Shown here: piece after piece, positions 39,520-49,928 of the stretch
How the letters are laid out: every line of letters begins with the position of its first letter
How positions within the stretch are numbered: the stretch's first letter is position 1
Origin: Nitrospinota bacterium
Lineage (GTDB): Bacteria > Nitrospinota_A > UBA7883 > JACRLM01
NCBI GenBank assembly: GCA_015231995.1
Contig: JADGAO010000001.1
Coordinates: 1 to 52,612, forward strand
DNA: 52,612 nt
Direction: 5' to 3'
The notes under the pieces: model-generated
The model's input: the letters and a program-made list of their open reading frames with translations, nothing else
The model's database searches: none
What the model was told of the DNA's origin: nothing
Made by a program: the position numbers and the translations under genes

Positions 39520-41334
39520 CTATGCAGACGCTCCACTGCCGATGCTACCGGCGTAGGTTATGTTCTGGTCAATCTGCCCGGCCAGGTTGGTAAGCTGGGA
39601 CGCGATGCCGATGATGTACGCCTTCAACGTCTCCGCTCCGGCGGAAGCCGCCCGGATGCGAAGATCGTTCACCGTCAGGGCGTTTTTCACGTTAGCGTCC
39701 GCCGCGCCGACTTTAGCCTTGGCGATTTCAGCTTTCGCCATGACGTTGGTTTTCTCCGATTCCGCCGCCGACTGCATGGCCGTTAAAATCCCGCTTCCCA
39801 GCGCCTTGATCCGCTCAATTTTCGCCAGATAAATCCTGGTCAAAGCGTCGTCGGACGCTTCCGCCGATTTGATTTGCGCTTCATACGCCCGAAGGTCGTA
39901 AATGAGCGCCTCAAGCTGGATTTTTCCGTTAGCTATGGCGATATTGGCGTTGATCTCCTCCACGCGGGCTTGCGCTTCCGCCGCTTTCACGCGGGACTCG
40001 AAAACCCGCGCTTCGGCCTCCAACGCCTGAACCTTGGCGGTCTCTCCCTTGATCTGCGCCTCGTAGCCCTGCCACTCAAGGGCGTGGGCTTTCACAAGCT
40101 CGGCGAAACTGGTCACTTTCAGGCCGTACTTCTCCAGTTCCATCTTCTGGATGGAGACCTCCATCTCCACCCCTTTCATCTTGGTGAGATAGAGGTTGTA
40201 TTGAGTCTCCACCGCCCGTAACTCGGCGATGTACTTCTCGACGATGGATTTGTTCACTTCCGATTTGCCAAGCTCCGCCTGGATCATGGCCTTGTATATC
40301 TCCACCTCGACAAGGAGAGAATCGGCCATTTTCTTGTAGCCATCCCATCCGGCCTGATAGCGGGCTACTTTGGCGTTGAAGGCGGATACGGACATGTTGA
40401 ACAGGGCGACTCCAAGATCGGCGACAGCTTTGGCCGCGTTCAATTGCCGTTCCCAGAAAGCGTTGTGGAACTCCCGTTTGAGATGTTCGTACTCAATCGC
40501 CTTTTCGGTGATGAACTTTCTGTCCTCTGTCTTCTTGAGATAAATCTCACGGTTAGCGTCGGCCACGGCCTGCCCCGCTTCCGTATATGCCTCCTCCTCA
40601 AGACGTTGCATGAATGGTTGTGGGAGAGGAAAGCCCGACGAGGCGCCAAACCTCCGCGCTCCGTCCACCTTTTGCCGGAACGATTTGAACGCCCTGTCCC
40701 GCGCCCGCCCTATGAGAAGTTTTTCGTCCGTCGAATCGGTGTTGTTGAGCGCGTCCAGCAGTTTTGTTTCGATAAGAGTGGCCAACGCCGATTCATACGC
40801 TGTCTCGGCGTATGTCCAGTTTGCGGTCGGCGGCAAGAGGTCGTCCGCCGGAAGAACGCCGTCATACGGCGTGATGCTGGTTGTGGCCGGTGGAGCCGGG
40901 AAGTTGAGCGTGTACATGCTGTCCATCACCGGCGTGGAAACCACCGGAGATTCCGGCAAAACAGGCGTTGAGAACTCCGGCGCGTTTGCCGGAGGCTCCA
41001 CCGTCAACGCCCCCGGTTTGCCGCTGGTGTCTATATCAACCGTCCTGCCGCTCCATTGGGGGATTTCGATGTTGGCCGGGACGTAGTTTATCTCCGGGGT
41101 CGCTTTTGGGTTCCACGCGGGAAACGACACGCCTATATCCGGCTCCCCCGGATCAAGACCCATGAGCATGGAGATCGCGTTCTGCGACCTGTCCGCCACG
41201 GTGGACACATCCTGCGGCTCCTCGATCACGCCGACCGAGAACCCGGTCGCAAGTTGCGACAGCGTGGATATGAACTGGTCGAGCGCCTGCAATACGCTAT
41301 CGGAACTGGCGGAGTCGGTTACGGGAAATGTCAT
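39520..41334 (-). CDS. Hypothetical virion-associated protein with a long C-terminal coiled coil
   Basis: 604 aa. Pro-rich N-terminal half. The C-terminal half is alanine/glutamate heptad-like (…AEARVFESRVKAAEAQARVEEINANIAIANGKIQLEALIYDLRAYEAQIKSAEA…). ATGA overlap with the upstream fibre gene. Confidence 0.7.
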   Translation of the reverse strand: MTFPVTDSASSDSVLQALDQFISTLSQLATGFSVGVIEEPQDVSTVADRSQNAISMLMGLDPGEPDIGVSFPAWNPKATPEINYVPANIEIPQWSGRTVDIDTSGKPGALTVEPPANAPEFSTPVLPESPVVSTPVMDSMYTLNFPAPPATTSITPYDGVLPADDLLPPTANWTYAETAYESALATLIETKLLDALNNTDSTDEKLLIGRARDRAFKSFRQKVDGARRFGASSGFPLPQPFMQRLEEEAYTEAGQAVADANREIYLKKTEDRKFITEKAIEYEHLKREFHNAFWERQLNAAKAVADLGVALFNMSVSAFNAKVARYQAGWDGYKKMADSLLVEVEIYKAMIQAELGKSEVNKSIVEKYIAELRAVETQYNLYLTKMKGVEMEVSIQKMELEKYGLKVTSFAELVKAHALEWQGYEAQIKGETAKVQALEAEARVFESRVKAAEAQARVEEINANIAIANGKIQLEALIYDLRAYEAQIKSAEASDDALTRIYLAKIERIKALGSGILTAMQSAAESEKTNVMAKAEIAKAKVGAADANVKNALTVNDLRIRAASAGAETLKAYIIGIASQLTNLAGQIDQNITYAGSIGSGASA

Positions 41335-44300
41335 AGGCCGCCTCCCTGGTTGGCGGCATCCGCCTCGCTGGGGGTGTAATAGGCGAGACTCATCCCTTTA
41401 ACGATAAAAAGGAGCCTCGGCTCTTTCCACCAGTATTGGTATTCCGGGACTTCCCCTTCGTACCGGCGGTCATAGGAATCATCCGGCCACGAGCTTATGG
41501 CTATATCCGCGACGTATAGAACCAACTCGATGTCCAGACCGGCGTTGGGCACTGGCCGCCATCGTTTAAAGGTTGCGCTGTTCCCGGCCAGACCCATGAG
41601 GCTACCGGCCACAGGAGAGTTGTTTGCCATCTGCGTCTCAACCCTGCCCGCGTAGGTTCCGGAGAAATCGTACTGGATAGATTTCCAGATGTCCCCGATG
41701 TTGAACAGCGAATGAGCGGAGACAAAGCCGTCCTCGCCCCATGAAAAGTTGGGATAGCAGATCAGGTCGTCGAACTTGAAATACAGCCAGCGCGTTACGC
41801 CTTCGGATGAATAGTATTTGCTTAACGGGAAGCTTTTATCGCTGGCCGACCGCACCTTGATGAATATGTGCGTCCGGACATAGGGCGTTTCGTATCTGTC
41901 CAGATACTGCCACGGGAGGTTCATGTAGGCGACGTGCGTCTGGATGGGCATTCCCCACCATCTCTGCCGGAAGAAGTTATACAGCGTTGGAATGGCCATC
42001 TTTTTCACGCCGTAATCCACGCCGGTATGATTGAACGAAACACGGATGTGAAGGCCGTTGTTGTGAATCTGGTATTTCCGAACCGACTTGAAAATCCCGC
42101 CGTCGGTCATGGAAGCGTCCACGTCTTGTTCGTGGTAGTTCCAGGGTACGTTCTCGAATCCTACATGCACCTTGGGCGGTTTGCCTTTTCCTGGAACGGG
42201 AACCATATCGCCGCCATCCCCGGCGCAGGCTTTGTGTTTTTTGTCCCACGGCCAACCCATGTGGTCGTTAAACCCGCCGTAGTATGGAACGCCAGGCCGC
42301 CAACCGTGTTCCGCGTCATAATCCCAAAGATATGGGCCGCCGTAAGCCACGGCGCGAAGCTGATCCCAGAAAGAGTTTGTGTCGTAAGCCCACGCGATAC
42401 GGTTGACCTCTGTTTCAGCGGTCGTTTCGGAATCATTGGCGGATTTGGAGATTCGGAAAGACTCGATGTTGCCGAAAAACCCGTTGACGCTCTGCTCGTA
42501 GGAGCCTACATCGGTTATTTCCGCTCCAATGACAAGATCGCCGGAGCCTTGCGGAATCGCTCCCGACTTGTCCACGCATGAAATCCCGTTGACGCTGAAC
42601 TTGATACTTGTCCCGCGTATCTCAAAAGTAATCTTGGTGAATTTGTTAAGAGGGATGACCACATCGGAGCCTTCGCTACCGTCGTCATTCTTGCTGACCG
42701 CCTTGGCGATTACCTCGCCGGACGGGTCGTATAGGGCAAGATTCCCAGAGTTGCTCAACGCGATTTTCCAACATCCGGAAACGGAGGCTATAACGCTTAA
42801 CTTCTCCTTTATCTCAAGGTCTTTTTCACGTTGCGTGAGAGCGGATGGATATTTGACTGGAAAGGCCAGGCATTCCAGCAGGAATCCCGATTCCAGCTTC
42901 CAGTCATTGGATGAGGAAACCAGGACGTGATCGTAATCCCTGTTCAACTTTATGGATGAGATGACATGATGTGTTCCGTAGGAACTGTCCAGTTTCGCCC
43001 GGTTCACAGGCTCCGGCGAATGCCGATGAACCGTGTCGGTGATACTGGCGGAGTTGTGCTCACCGAAGCAATCCAGTTGTAGAAACGTGTTCTCTACCTG
43101 GTTTTGCCCATCCCGTATGAGCCGTTTCACAACAACGTCCCCGATATTTCCACGCCAGAAACTTTGCGGGTTGGCATTGTTCGTGTCCAGTTCCGCGCCG
43201 ATAGTGAACCAGCGGGTGGATGAGTCCGTGAACACGATCCAGCTTGTGATTTGGTACGCAGGGTTGCCGTCTATGTAGAGGGAGTATTGGCGGTAATCAG
43301 CGTCATAGGCGATCCTGATGTCGTAACGGCGGTAAAACTCCAACGGATCGGCGTTCCATAATAGTTTCGTCCACGTATAGACTGGATTCGCGCCGACGGT
43401 GATAGTAACCCTGTCAAGAGTCGCGGTAGCCGGTTGGCTGATGGTGAGCGCGTCGGTTCCGTCTTTGGAGACAACCTTTGTCCCGCTTGCTATCCCCTGG
43501 CCGGATACTGCGTCGCCGATTTTCACTTTGGCGAAATCCGCCATGTTCAGGCCGGTGATTTGAGATTCGTTTCGTCTGATATTGCCGGTTATGTTGTTCA
43601 CCGTGTCATAAACGTAAAACCCGGCGTATCCCCCCGAATCCACGATGAACTTCCATAAACCAGCCCTGCATACGATTACGCCATCCGATTTGTCTATAAG
43701 CCCTTCGAGATGAATGGAGAAGGAAACCTCCCAACCCTCCGTCCCAAAATTAAAATCGGTCAGGTTGTCTTTCACCCGGACGTAATCGTAATCCCGGTTG
43801 AGCCTCAACGAGGCGGATGTTGAACTGGTGGACGATGACACGGGGTAACTCTGGGTAAGCGGCGTTCCGCTCTCTTCAGAGTAAGACCGGACATCCAGCG
43901 ACGCTTTTTCTTTCGCCGATGGGGAATGTCTCCCGATTTCGTCTTTGATGTTCGTGGTTCCATGCCTGCCGTCGAAGTACACCAACAGCCTTGATTCATC
44001 CTCCATCAGGTTCAGGCTGTCGGAATACCCGCCGTCATAACCCGTCCCCACGGAAACGAGGAAACACCCCTGCCTGTACCTATCGAGATTGATTCCTTCA
44101 ACGGTGTAATTGTTTAGGTCGCGGTCTCCGCCGGAGTCCATCCCGTCCGGTCTTGGCATGGCGCGTGGTATTGCCGATATGCAGGCTCTAACGTGCCCTT
44201 TCCGCGTGAAGCTGAACGTATTTTTACCGCTATCCTTCGCCGTGAACACGTTTCGTTTAAACTCAAGCCGCAAGGAGCAGGGTTCGCTCCCCCCGGTCTC

Positions 44301-44681
44301 ATCCTCCGGATTATGCGAATGTGGCCCGCCAACCCGTCTTGGGTTTTTCCCGTCGGCTTCGTCGGGATGATCCAGAACGACGTTCCTTCCATGATCGGGG
44401 TATATCTCCCCAGGTTTCGCCACGAGATAGAAATACCTGTTCGCAAGCTCCTCGAACGTCTGCGCCAACAGATACCCGCCTCCTTTCGGCAGGGTGAACG
44501 CTTTGCCGTAGAATGGAACGGATGAATCAATAAACTCCGCCCATTCGGGCATATGGGATTTTAGAAGCCCGCGAATCATGTTCACGTTTTCCAAAAGCCT
44601 GCCCGCCAACGCCGTGTTTGGAGCGGCTTTTGGATTGAGCGGGATGATATACCGCTGGATCGGCCTGTCTTCGTCCATCAT
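41331..44681 (-). CDS. Large tail fibre / receptor-binding protein with LamG (concanavalin-like) domains
   Basis: 1116 aa. LamG_3-type endings FWRGNIGDVVVKRL and FFGNIESFRISKS. It contains the shared module ...VKIGDAVSGQGIASGTKVVSKDGTDALTISQPATATLDRVTITVG (about 43391-43570). Confidence 0.75.
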   Translation of the reverse strand: MMDEDRPIQRYIIPLNPKAAPNTALAGRLLENVNMIRGLLKSHMPEWAEFIDSSVPFYGKAFTLPKGGGYLLAQTFEELANRYFYLVAKPGEIYPDHGRNVVLDHPDEADGKNPRRVGGPHSHNPEDETGGSEPCSLRLEFKRNVFTAKDSGKNTFSFTRKGHVRACISAIPRAMPRPDGMDSGGDRDLNNYTVEGINLDRYRQGCFLVSVGTGYDGGYSDSLNLMEDESRLLVYFDGRHGTTNIKDEIGRHSPSAKEKASLDVRSYSEESGTPLTQSYPVSSSTSSTSASLRLNRDYDYVRVKDNLTDFNFGTEGWEVSFSIHLEGLIDKSDGVIVCRAGLWKFIVDSGGYAGFYVYDTVNNITGNIRRNESQITGLNMADFAKVKIGDAVSGQGIASGTKVVSKDGTDALTISQPATATLDRVTITVGANPVYTWTKLLWNADPLEFYRRYDIRIAYDADYRQYSLYIDGNPAYQITSWIVFTDSSTRWFTIGAELDTNNANPQSFWRGNIGDVVVKRLIRDGQNQVENTFLQLDCFGEHNSASITDTVHRHSPEPVNRAKLDSSYGTHHVISSIKLNRDYDHVLVSSSNDWKLESGFLLECLAFPVKYPSALTQREKDLEIKEKLSVIASVSGCWKIALSNSGNLALYDPSGEVIAKAVSKNDDGSEGSDVVIPLNKFTKITFEIRGTSIKFSVNGISCVDKSGAIPQGSGDLVIGAEITDVGSYEQSVNGFFGNIESFRISKSANDSETTAETEVNRIAWAYDTNSFWDQLRAVAYGGPYLWDYDAEHGWRPGVPYYGGFNDHMGWPWDKKHKACAGDGGDMVPVPGKGKPPKVHVGFENVPWNYHEQDVDASMTDGGIFKSVRKYQIHNNGLHIRVSFNHTGVDYGVKKMAIPTLYNFFRQRWWGMPIQTHVAYMNLPWQYLDRYETPYVRTHIFIKVRSASDKSFPLSKYYSSEGVTRWLYFKFDDLICYPNFSWGEDGFVSAHSLFNIGDIWKSIQYDFSGTYAGRVETQMANNSPVAGSLMGLAGNSATFKRWRPVPNAGLDIELVLYVADIAISSWPDDSYDRRYEGEVPEYQYWWKEPRLLFIVKGMSLAYYTPSEADAANQGGGL

Positions 44682-45211
44682 TTCTCCTTTCGGGATAATG
44701 GGAAGACCTCAAGCGTCATGTCCCGAAGATCGAACCCGGCCCCGTTCTGGTTGGCCAACCCAAAACTCCACAACCGGGAACGGATTCCCCTGGCGCTCCG
44801 GACAAGCGTAAATACCCGCCTCTGCCGTAACCCAAAGTAACCTCTGCCAGTGATCTCATGGCTTTTCTCGGCTCCATCGCCGGGATATGTTTTAAACGTC
44901 ACCGCTCCGCTCGCCCGCATTCCGATATGAGCGTCGGTGATCCTTTTCAGCGAATGCGGCTCTACTCCTTCGATCTCCGAAAAATCGGTCATCCCGGTCT
45001 TCATCTCCGCATTTATGGGAGCGCCGTTGTCGGAATCGCCGCGTAGAATGTGGATTCCCGACGAATTGGCCGCCATATAATGCCGCCCCACACGGCACAC
45101 GGAATTGAAGTTAAACCCAGAGTATTCGGAGACGGCCTTGTTAGCCGTGTTCATCACGACCGTTTCACAGGTTTCCGGCGATATTGTGTCCGCTGTTATG
45201 TTGATACTCAT
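44678..45211 (-). CDS. Hypothetical virion protein
   Basis: The listed ORF runs to 45265. The ATG at 45211 overlaps the upstream stop as ATGA and has GGAGGTG 9 nt upstream (MSINITADTISPE...). Confidence 0.65.
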   Translation of the reverse strand: MSINITADTISPETCETVVMNTANKAVSEYSGFNFNSVCRVGRHYMAANSSGIHILRGDSDNGAPINAEMKTGMTDFSEIEGVEPHSLKRITDAHIGMRASGAVTFKTYPGDGAEKSHEITGRGYFGLRQRRVFTLVRSARGIRSRLWSFGLANQNGAGFDLRDMTLEVFPLSRKEK

Positions 45212-48200
45212 ACGCCGGACACCTCCATGAAAGCTGTGGCTCCGCTGACACGGAACGCAGTACAAAACATGTCCACGTCAACGTCCATGTGTCCAGTGGC
45301 AGGACGCGCCACACCATCGGAGGTGACAGTCATGATGATTACGGAGGGCAATTCACCAGTGGCATCGGGAATGACAGTGCATTCCGCTAGAAGGAAGTCA
45401 TCGGTGTAGAAGCGATCCGCCATCGCGCCTTTTATCTGCATACCGGCGGTCATCATGGAAGTTTCGGAAGGAAATTCCGCATCCGCTTTGCCAACCGGCC
45501 ACGCCTCGCAAGCCATCACGGATTCGACATCAAATCCCGCTTCGCTGGCGCCGCATAGAATGTTAAAACCGGATTCCACGTCGAACACGTTGATAATCCC
45601 GGAAGGGATTACAACGCCTTCGCCAAAGAGAACCGGGTCAACGCTCATTGCGCCATCAAGGGTGTTCACAGATTCGCCTTCACCGTAAACATCCGTCTCA
45701 GTCGAGTAATCGGAGGCGAAACCGTCTCCCTGTTCCGCCAACCCGAATTTGAAGCTATGCGCCATGCCAAGTTTCGCGCCTCCATCGGGAAACAGCCGGA
45801 TCGGATTCAGCCGGAGCGCTATCAACCCACCGGCTATCGCCGATCCTTCAGCCTGAAACCGCGCCGGAGCCAGCCGCACCCCATCCAATACGGCGAGTTT
45901 CACACCGCCGATGGCGGTCATTCTCAGTTTGGGAACCAGCGTTGGATTGTGCGACGCGCCGATAATGGCCGTGGAGCCGCCTTTCCCTCTTAACGGGTTA
46001 AACCGGAACCCATGAGATGTTCCACCAATAACTCCGCCCTCGGCGGTTATGAGAAGCTGGTTCTGCGAGTCATACGGCGCGGACGGAATGGTGTAAGCCG
46101 CTTCCCAATCCACCGTCGGGTTGCCTTTGGAGAAACGCAATTCCTCGATATTCCCCTGAAAATACCCGCCTGGACTGGCGTTATTCGTGTCCACCGAATA
46201 CCCGATGGTGAGCCAGCGTGTGGTGGAGGTCATAGTCCATCCAGCGGTAATCCACGTCAGCCCCTGAAATTTCCCGTTTATCCAAAACGTCATCCGATTG
46301 CCGGAAAGAACGCCCCTAAAATGCGACCACTGGCCGATGGAAACGGAAGAGCCGACAATGGAGAACTGCCCATTTGCGGCGGTGTTTATAAGGAATGTGA
46401 CCTGCCCCGAACTGTTGATGGTCACGTTCCATAACGACGCTCTGCCGATAATCACAACCGACGTGGAATAACCCCGTGAATCCAACGCTGGATACGCTGA
46501 AGGGCGAATCCATCCATCAATGACCACGTTATTGGCGCTGTCCAGATCGAAATCAGCTAGGTTGTCCGTCACCTTAACGTTGTCGTACCCGACATTGAAA
46601 GTGACTCCCGTCTGTGTCGCCGTGGTCTGCTGGCTTATCGTGATGGAGTCCGCGCCAATGGATGTGATTGTGACAACGCCAAGGTTCGATGGGATGGAGC
46701 CGCCCGATATGGTAGCCCCAACGCGGCATTTGGCTATATCCGTGGCGGAAACGCCGGAGATAATGTAACTGGCCGGAGTGGTATTGCCGGTTATTGTCTG
46801 GGCATTGGTGTAATAGGAATGCGTCCCGAACATCTTGTTCGTTCCATCCCAGGTCAATGTCCCACCGCCGATGAGCGTGGGATTGTGCCGTCCCATCGCG
46901 TCATTCACGTTCCCGTCAAAATGCAGAAGCAGTTTTTGATACGTATCCGTGACGTTGAAAGGAGCGGATGGGACTTGCCGCGTCAACGGGTACGGATTCT
47001 TTCTCTTGGCGAAACGGAACTCGTCAACCCACCCTTTGAACCAGCCGCTTCCCGGATTACCCGCGCCATCCTGCCCGGCTCCGACAACAAGATTCTTGTC
47101 CGTCCGAAGCCGCGCATGTGGGCTTTCGCTGTAAATGGAGGCTTCCAGCTTTCCGTTAAGCCATAAGTTGTACCGTCTCGATTCCTCGTCGTAGGCTATG
47201 GCGGCGTGGTTCCATTGCCCCACGGACACAAGCGTGACTGACGCGGTTTGGGTGGTTATGTCCTGTATGAACATGTACAGTTTGGAATCGGTTCCGATGT
47301 AGATGGCGAAACACTCTTGCTTGTAAAACAGATACTGGTTCGCCGCCGTAATAGCTTGCGGCCTGAACCGCAAATCGGCGATCCAGCTTTTATGGCCGAG
47401 GAAAAAGTCTTCCAGGGAGCCGGATACCACAAGGCAATCGCTCGTCCCATTGAAATAGCACGAAGACGATCCGAAGACCGCCTGCGCCGTATCCAATTGA
47501 ACCTGCCCCATAGGTATGACGGTATGCCTCTTTGCGTCGTCAACGATGGACGGCGATCCATCCGAACCGTTGAAGTGCATCAGAAGACAAGTGATCTCAG
47601 GAAGGGTATAAGGTTCCGCCGGAAGGGTAAAATCCTGCGTATGCCCCGTTTCGCCGCTGGTAATTCTTAGCTCGTCAATATAGCCGTTGAAATAACTCCC
47701 CGGAGCGGCGTTAGAGGTGTTGAACGAACATCCGATGGTAAGATGACGGTACAATTCCGCGATGGGGTTGAACCTCGCCTGGATGGACGCTTCCAAAACC
47801 CCGTCTATGAATAAATACCACATCGCGGAACCGGCCACGCGGTTCACCTCCACGTGATACCACCGGTTGACCGACAACACCGTCAGGCTGGTGAGCGTGA
47901 TCGTATAGTAAACGCCGTCCTGCGAACACCGGAAGCTTATTGTTCCGTCGGCGTTCATGTTGATTATGAAGACAAGTTCCCTGGCGATGATGGTGGAAAG
48001 CCCCACAGTCAGCAGATATACCCACAGGTCAATGGAGAAATTCGCCTCGCCGAAGTTCAACAGTTCGAGCCGCCCGGACGTGGCTATGTAATCACCCGTA
48101 CCGTCCACAACCAGCGATGTGTAACCGAACTTCTTCTGGACGGTGGACACCCTCTGCGACTGATACGACGGTTCGGTGAAAGTCCGCATTCCGCTGTCGT

Positions 48201-48258
48201 CGCAGAACACATGCTGGTCGTTCGCGCCGTTGAAACTCATCAGCAGAAGGACGGACAT
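45208..48258 (-). CDS. Large tail fibre / receptor-binding protein with at least three LamG repeats
   Basis: 1016 aa. Repeated units LLMSFNG...YFNGYIDELRITSG, LLMHFNGSDGS...WFKGWVDEFRFAKR and LLLHFDGNVND...YFQGNIEELRFSKG. The shared module is ...CRVGATISGGSIPSNLGVVTITSIGADSITISQQTTATQTGVTFNVG (about 46590-46770). Confidence 0.8.
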   Translation of the reverse strand: MSVLLLMSFNGANDQHVFCDDSGMRTFTEPSYQSQRVSTVQKKFGYTSLVVDGTGDYIATSGRLELLNFGEANFSIDLWVYLLTVGLSTIIARELVFIINMNADGTISFRCSQDGVYYTITLTSLTVLSVNRWYHVEVNRVAGSAMWYLFIDGVLEASIQARFNPIAELYRHLTIGCSFNTSNAAPGSYFNGYIDELRITSGETGHTQDFTLPAEPYTLPEITCLLMHFNGSDGSPSIVDDAKRHTVIPMGQVQLDTAQAVFGSSSCYFNGTSDCLVVSGSLEDFFLGHKSWIADLRFRPQAITAANQYLFYKQECFAIYIGTDSKLYMFIQDITTQTASVTLVSVGQWNHAAIAYDEESRRYNLWLNGKLEASIYSESPHARLRTDKNLVVGAGQDGAGNPGSGWFKGWVDEFRFAKRKNPYPLTRQVPSAPFNVTDTYQKLLLHFDGNVNDAMGRHNPTLIGGGTLTWDGTNKMFGTHSYYTNAQTITGNTTPASYIISGVSATDIAKCRVGATISGGSIPSNLGVVTITSIGADSITISQQTTATQTGVTFNVGYDNVKVTDNLADFDLDSANNVVIDGWIRPSAYPALDSRGYSTSVVIIGRASLWNVTINSSGQVTFLINTAANGQFSIVGSSVSIGQWSHFRGVLSGNRMTFWINGKFQGLTWITAGWTMTSTTRWLTIGYSVDTNNASPGGYFQGNIEELRFSKGNPTVDWEAAYTIPSAPYDSQNQLLITAEGGVIGGTSHGFRFNPLRGKGGSTAIIGASHNPTLVPKLRMTAIGGVKLAVLDGVRLAPARFQAEGSAIAGGLIALRLNPIRLFPDGGAKLGMAHSFKFGLAEQGDGFASDYSTETDVYGEGESVNTLDGAMSVDPVLFGEGVVIPSGIINVFDVESGFNILCGASEAGFDVESVMACEAWPVGKADAEFPSETSMMTAGMQIKGAMADRFYTDDFLLAECTVIPDATGELPSVIIMTVTSDGVARPATGHMDVDVDMFCTAFRVSGATAFMEVSGV

Positions 48259-48270
48259 CCGGCGCTCCTC

Positions 48271-48699
48271 CTACGATTCGGAGTAGAGGTTGAACCGTGG
48301 CGAAATCAGGATTGATGCGTTGGGGCCGTCCACGATATGCGGGCATTGCGCCGATGGGAACCGTTCCACGAAAAGAAGTTTGGACGGGTCTGAGGCGTAA
48401 ACCGCGAAAAACCCGTAAACGTTCACGTTGCCGCTGATCCCATCGTTGATGAAACTCCAGAGAATATCCGGAGCGAACGCTTCGCCCTTGCCGGTAGATG
48501 TGTTGGTCTGGATCGTCCAGTTGGCCGGTGTGATGGTCTTGCGTGAATAGCCGTGTTTGCCGGTCATCTCGGTCAAATCCGTCACAACCGTAGCGTCGGA
48601 CGGCGTAACGTCGTTTATATAAAGGCAGTAGAGGATGTCTTCAGAGAATATCTTCCGCAACATCTCCACCTCGCCGATGTTCACTATCTTGAAAGCCAT
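48271..48699 (-). CDS. Hypothetical virion protein
   Basis: 142-aa ORF packed tightly within the structural operon. No motif recognised. Confidence 0.6.
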   Translation of the reverse strand: MAFKIVNIGEVEMLRKIFSEDILYCLYINDVTPSDATVVTDLTEMTGKHGYSRKTITPANWTIQTNTSTGKGEAFAPDILWSFINDGISGNVNVYGFFAVYASDPSKLLFVERFPSAQCPHIVDGPNASILISPRFNLYSES

Positions 48700-48711
48700 G
48701 TCATCCGCTCC

Positions 48712-49332
48712 CTATTTGATTCCAAGGTTGAACACGGAAATCTTCACCTCTTCCCCAGCGGTGACGCTGGTTCCCTTCTGGAAATTGATATCCTTGCCGC
48801 TCTGGGCGCATTCGCCGTCCTTGCGGAATTTCACCGTCGTGGAGGATTCAGGGGAAAGGTCGGACGGGTCGAGCAACCGCCCCCAGGCCACTGTTCCGTT
48901 CGCCGTGGCCGTGGCGCGGATAGGGGATTGCAACGGAAGATACCCATCAACGGGAACCGCGTCCCATAGAATGTTCGTATACCTTAAAACCTCAACCGCC
49001 GTCGAAGGTTTTGAGTCATCGGCTTTCTGGGGTTTGTTGCCAGCGTAGATGACCAGCGTAGCCCCAAGCGTGAGTTTCACGCCCGCCACCGTAACAGTGG
49101 CGGACTGGCTTAACGTGATCGTGTCGGCGGTCTTCCCGGTCACAGTGGTTCCAGCCGGGATGTTCGCGCCGTTGATGTACGCCCCAACGGACACTTTCGA
49201 CGTGTCCACCACGTTGGTTACGACGTTCGATCCGGCGGTAAGATCGCCCGTCACCGATGGGTTGAACGCCGACAGCAAAGAGCCTTCGCTGGCTAAATAG
49301 TTCTTTAACGCCGTGGAATTGTTCGTGGCCAT
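48712..49332 (-). CDS. Hypothetical virion surface protein carrying the shared fibre module
   Basis: 206 aa. ...VSVGAYINGANIPAGTTVTGKTADTITLSQSATVTVAGVKLTLG (about 49062-49221) matches the module in both LamG fibres. Confidence 0.65.
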   Translation of the reverse strand: MATNNSTALKNYLASEGSLLSAFNPSVTGDLTAGSNVVTNVVDTSKVSVGAYINGANIPAGTTVTGKTADTITLSQSATVTVAGVKLTLGATLVIYAGNKPQKADDSKPSTAVEVLRYTNILWDAVPVDGYLPLQSPIRATATANGTVAWGRLLDPSDLSPESSTTVKFRKDGECAQSGKDINFQKGTSVTAGEEVKISVFNLGIK

Positions 49333-49411
49333 TCATTATTCCTTTATCCAGAAACGTATTTACGGGGCGGGGCCATGTCATAGGCTCCGCCCCCGTTATG
49401 CAATCGCTCTT

Positions 49412-49912
49412 CTATGGGTTTACGCCCATCGGATACCGCACGGCGCGAACGTCGAAGTTGTTCGTCGCGGTGACAAGCAGACGCACGTTGCCGCTTGAGA
49501 TATCCACCGAGACGCGCAATCCGGCGATTTTGGAGCCAAACCGGTGAACTATCTCGTTGTAGTCCGCCGTCGTTCCATCCCAGATCGCCGTGACCTCGCT
49601 TACGCGGTAGTTGGCCTGGCCATTCTCTTTTACCCAGAGAGTCCACTTGGCCATGCTGTGATCGGCGATGGCCAACTGATCCACCGTGGTGGAGGCTCCA
49701 CCGGTGTTGTTGTTGCTCCCGTTTTCAACGTTGGCCTCGGCGATCTTCTTCCACGCGCCGCCCTGCCGAATCCAGGGAACGCCGTTGAGTTTGTCAACGT
49801 ACACGGAACCGTCTGGAGAGACCGCCACAGGCGCGCCATCCCCACCGATGATCTCGAAATCACCGTCGTAAAGGGTCAATCCTTCGCTCACAATCACGTT
49901 CTTTTCAGCCAT
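49412..49912 (-). CDS. Hypothetical virion protein
   Basis: The listed ORF runs to 49951. The ATG at 49912 (MAEKNVIVSEG) has AGGAAGGA about 10 nt upstream and avoids overlap with the preceding gene. Confidence 0.6.
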   Translation of the reverse strand: MAEKNVIVSEGLTLYDGDFEIIGGDGAPVAVSPDGSVYVDKLNGVPWIRQGGAWKKIAEANVENGSNNNTGGASTTVDQLAIADHSMAKWTLWVKENGQANYRVSEVTAIWDGTTADYNEIVHRFGSKIAGLRVSVDISSGNVRLLVTATNNFDVRAVRYPMGVNP

Positions 49913-49928
49913 TTTCCGTAAGTCCTTC

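Noticed and set aside
43391-49221. Diversity-generating retroelement targeting the shared fibre module
   Set aside because: No reverse transcriptase gene or template repeat is visible in the window. The three module copies differ throughout rather than mainly at adenine-encoded positions. It is kept only as a check suggestion.
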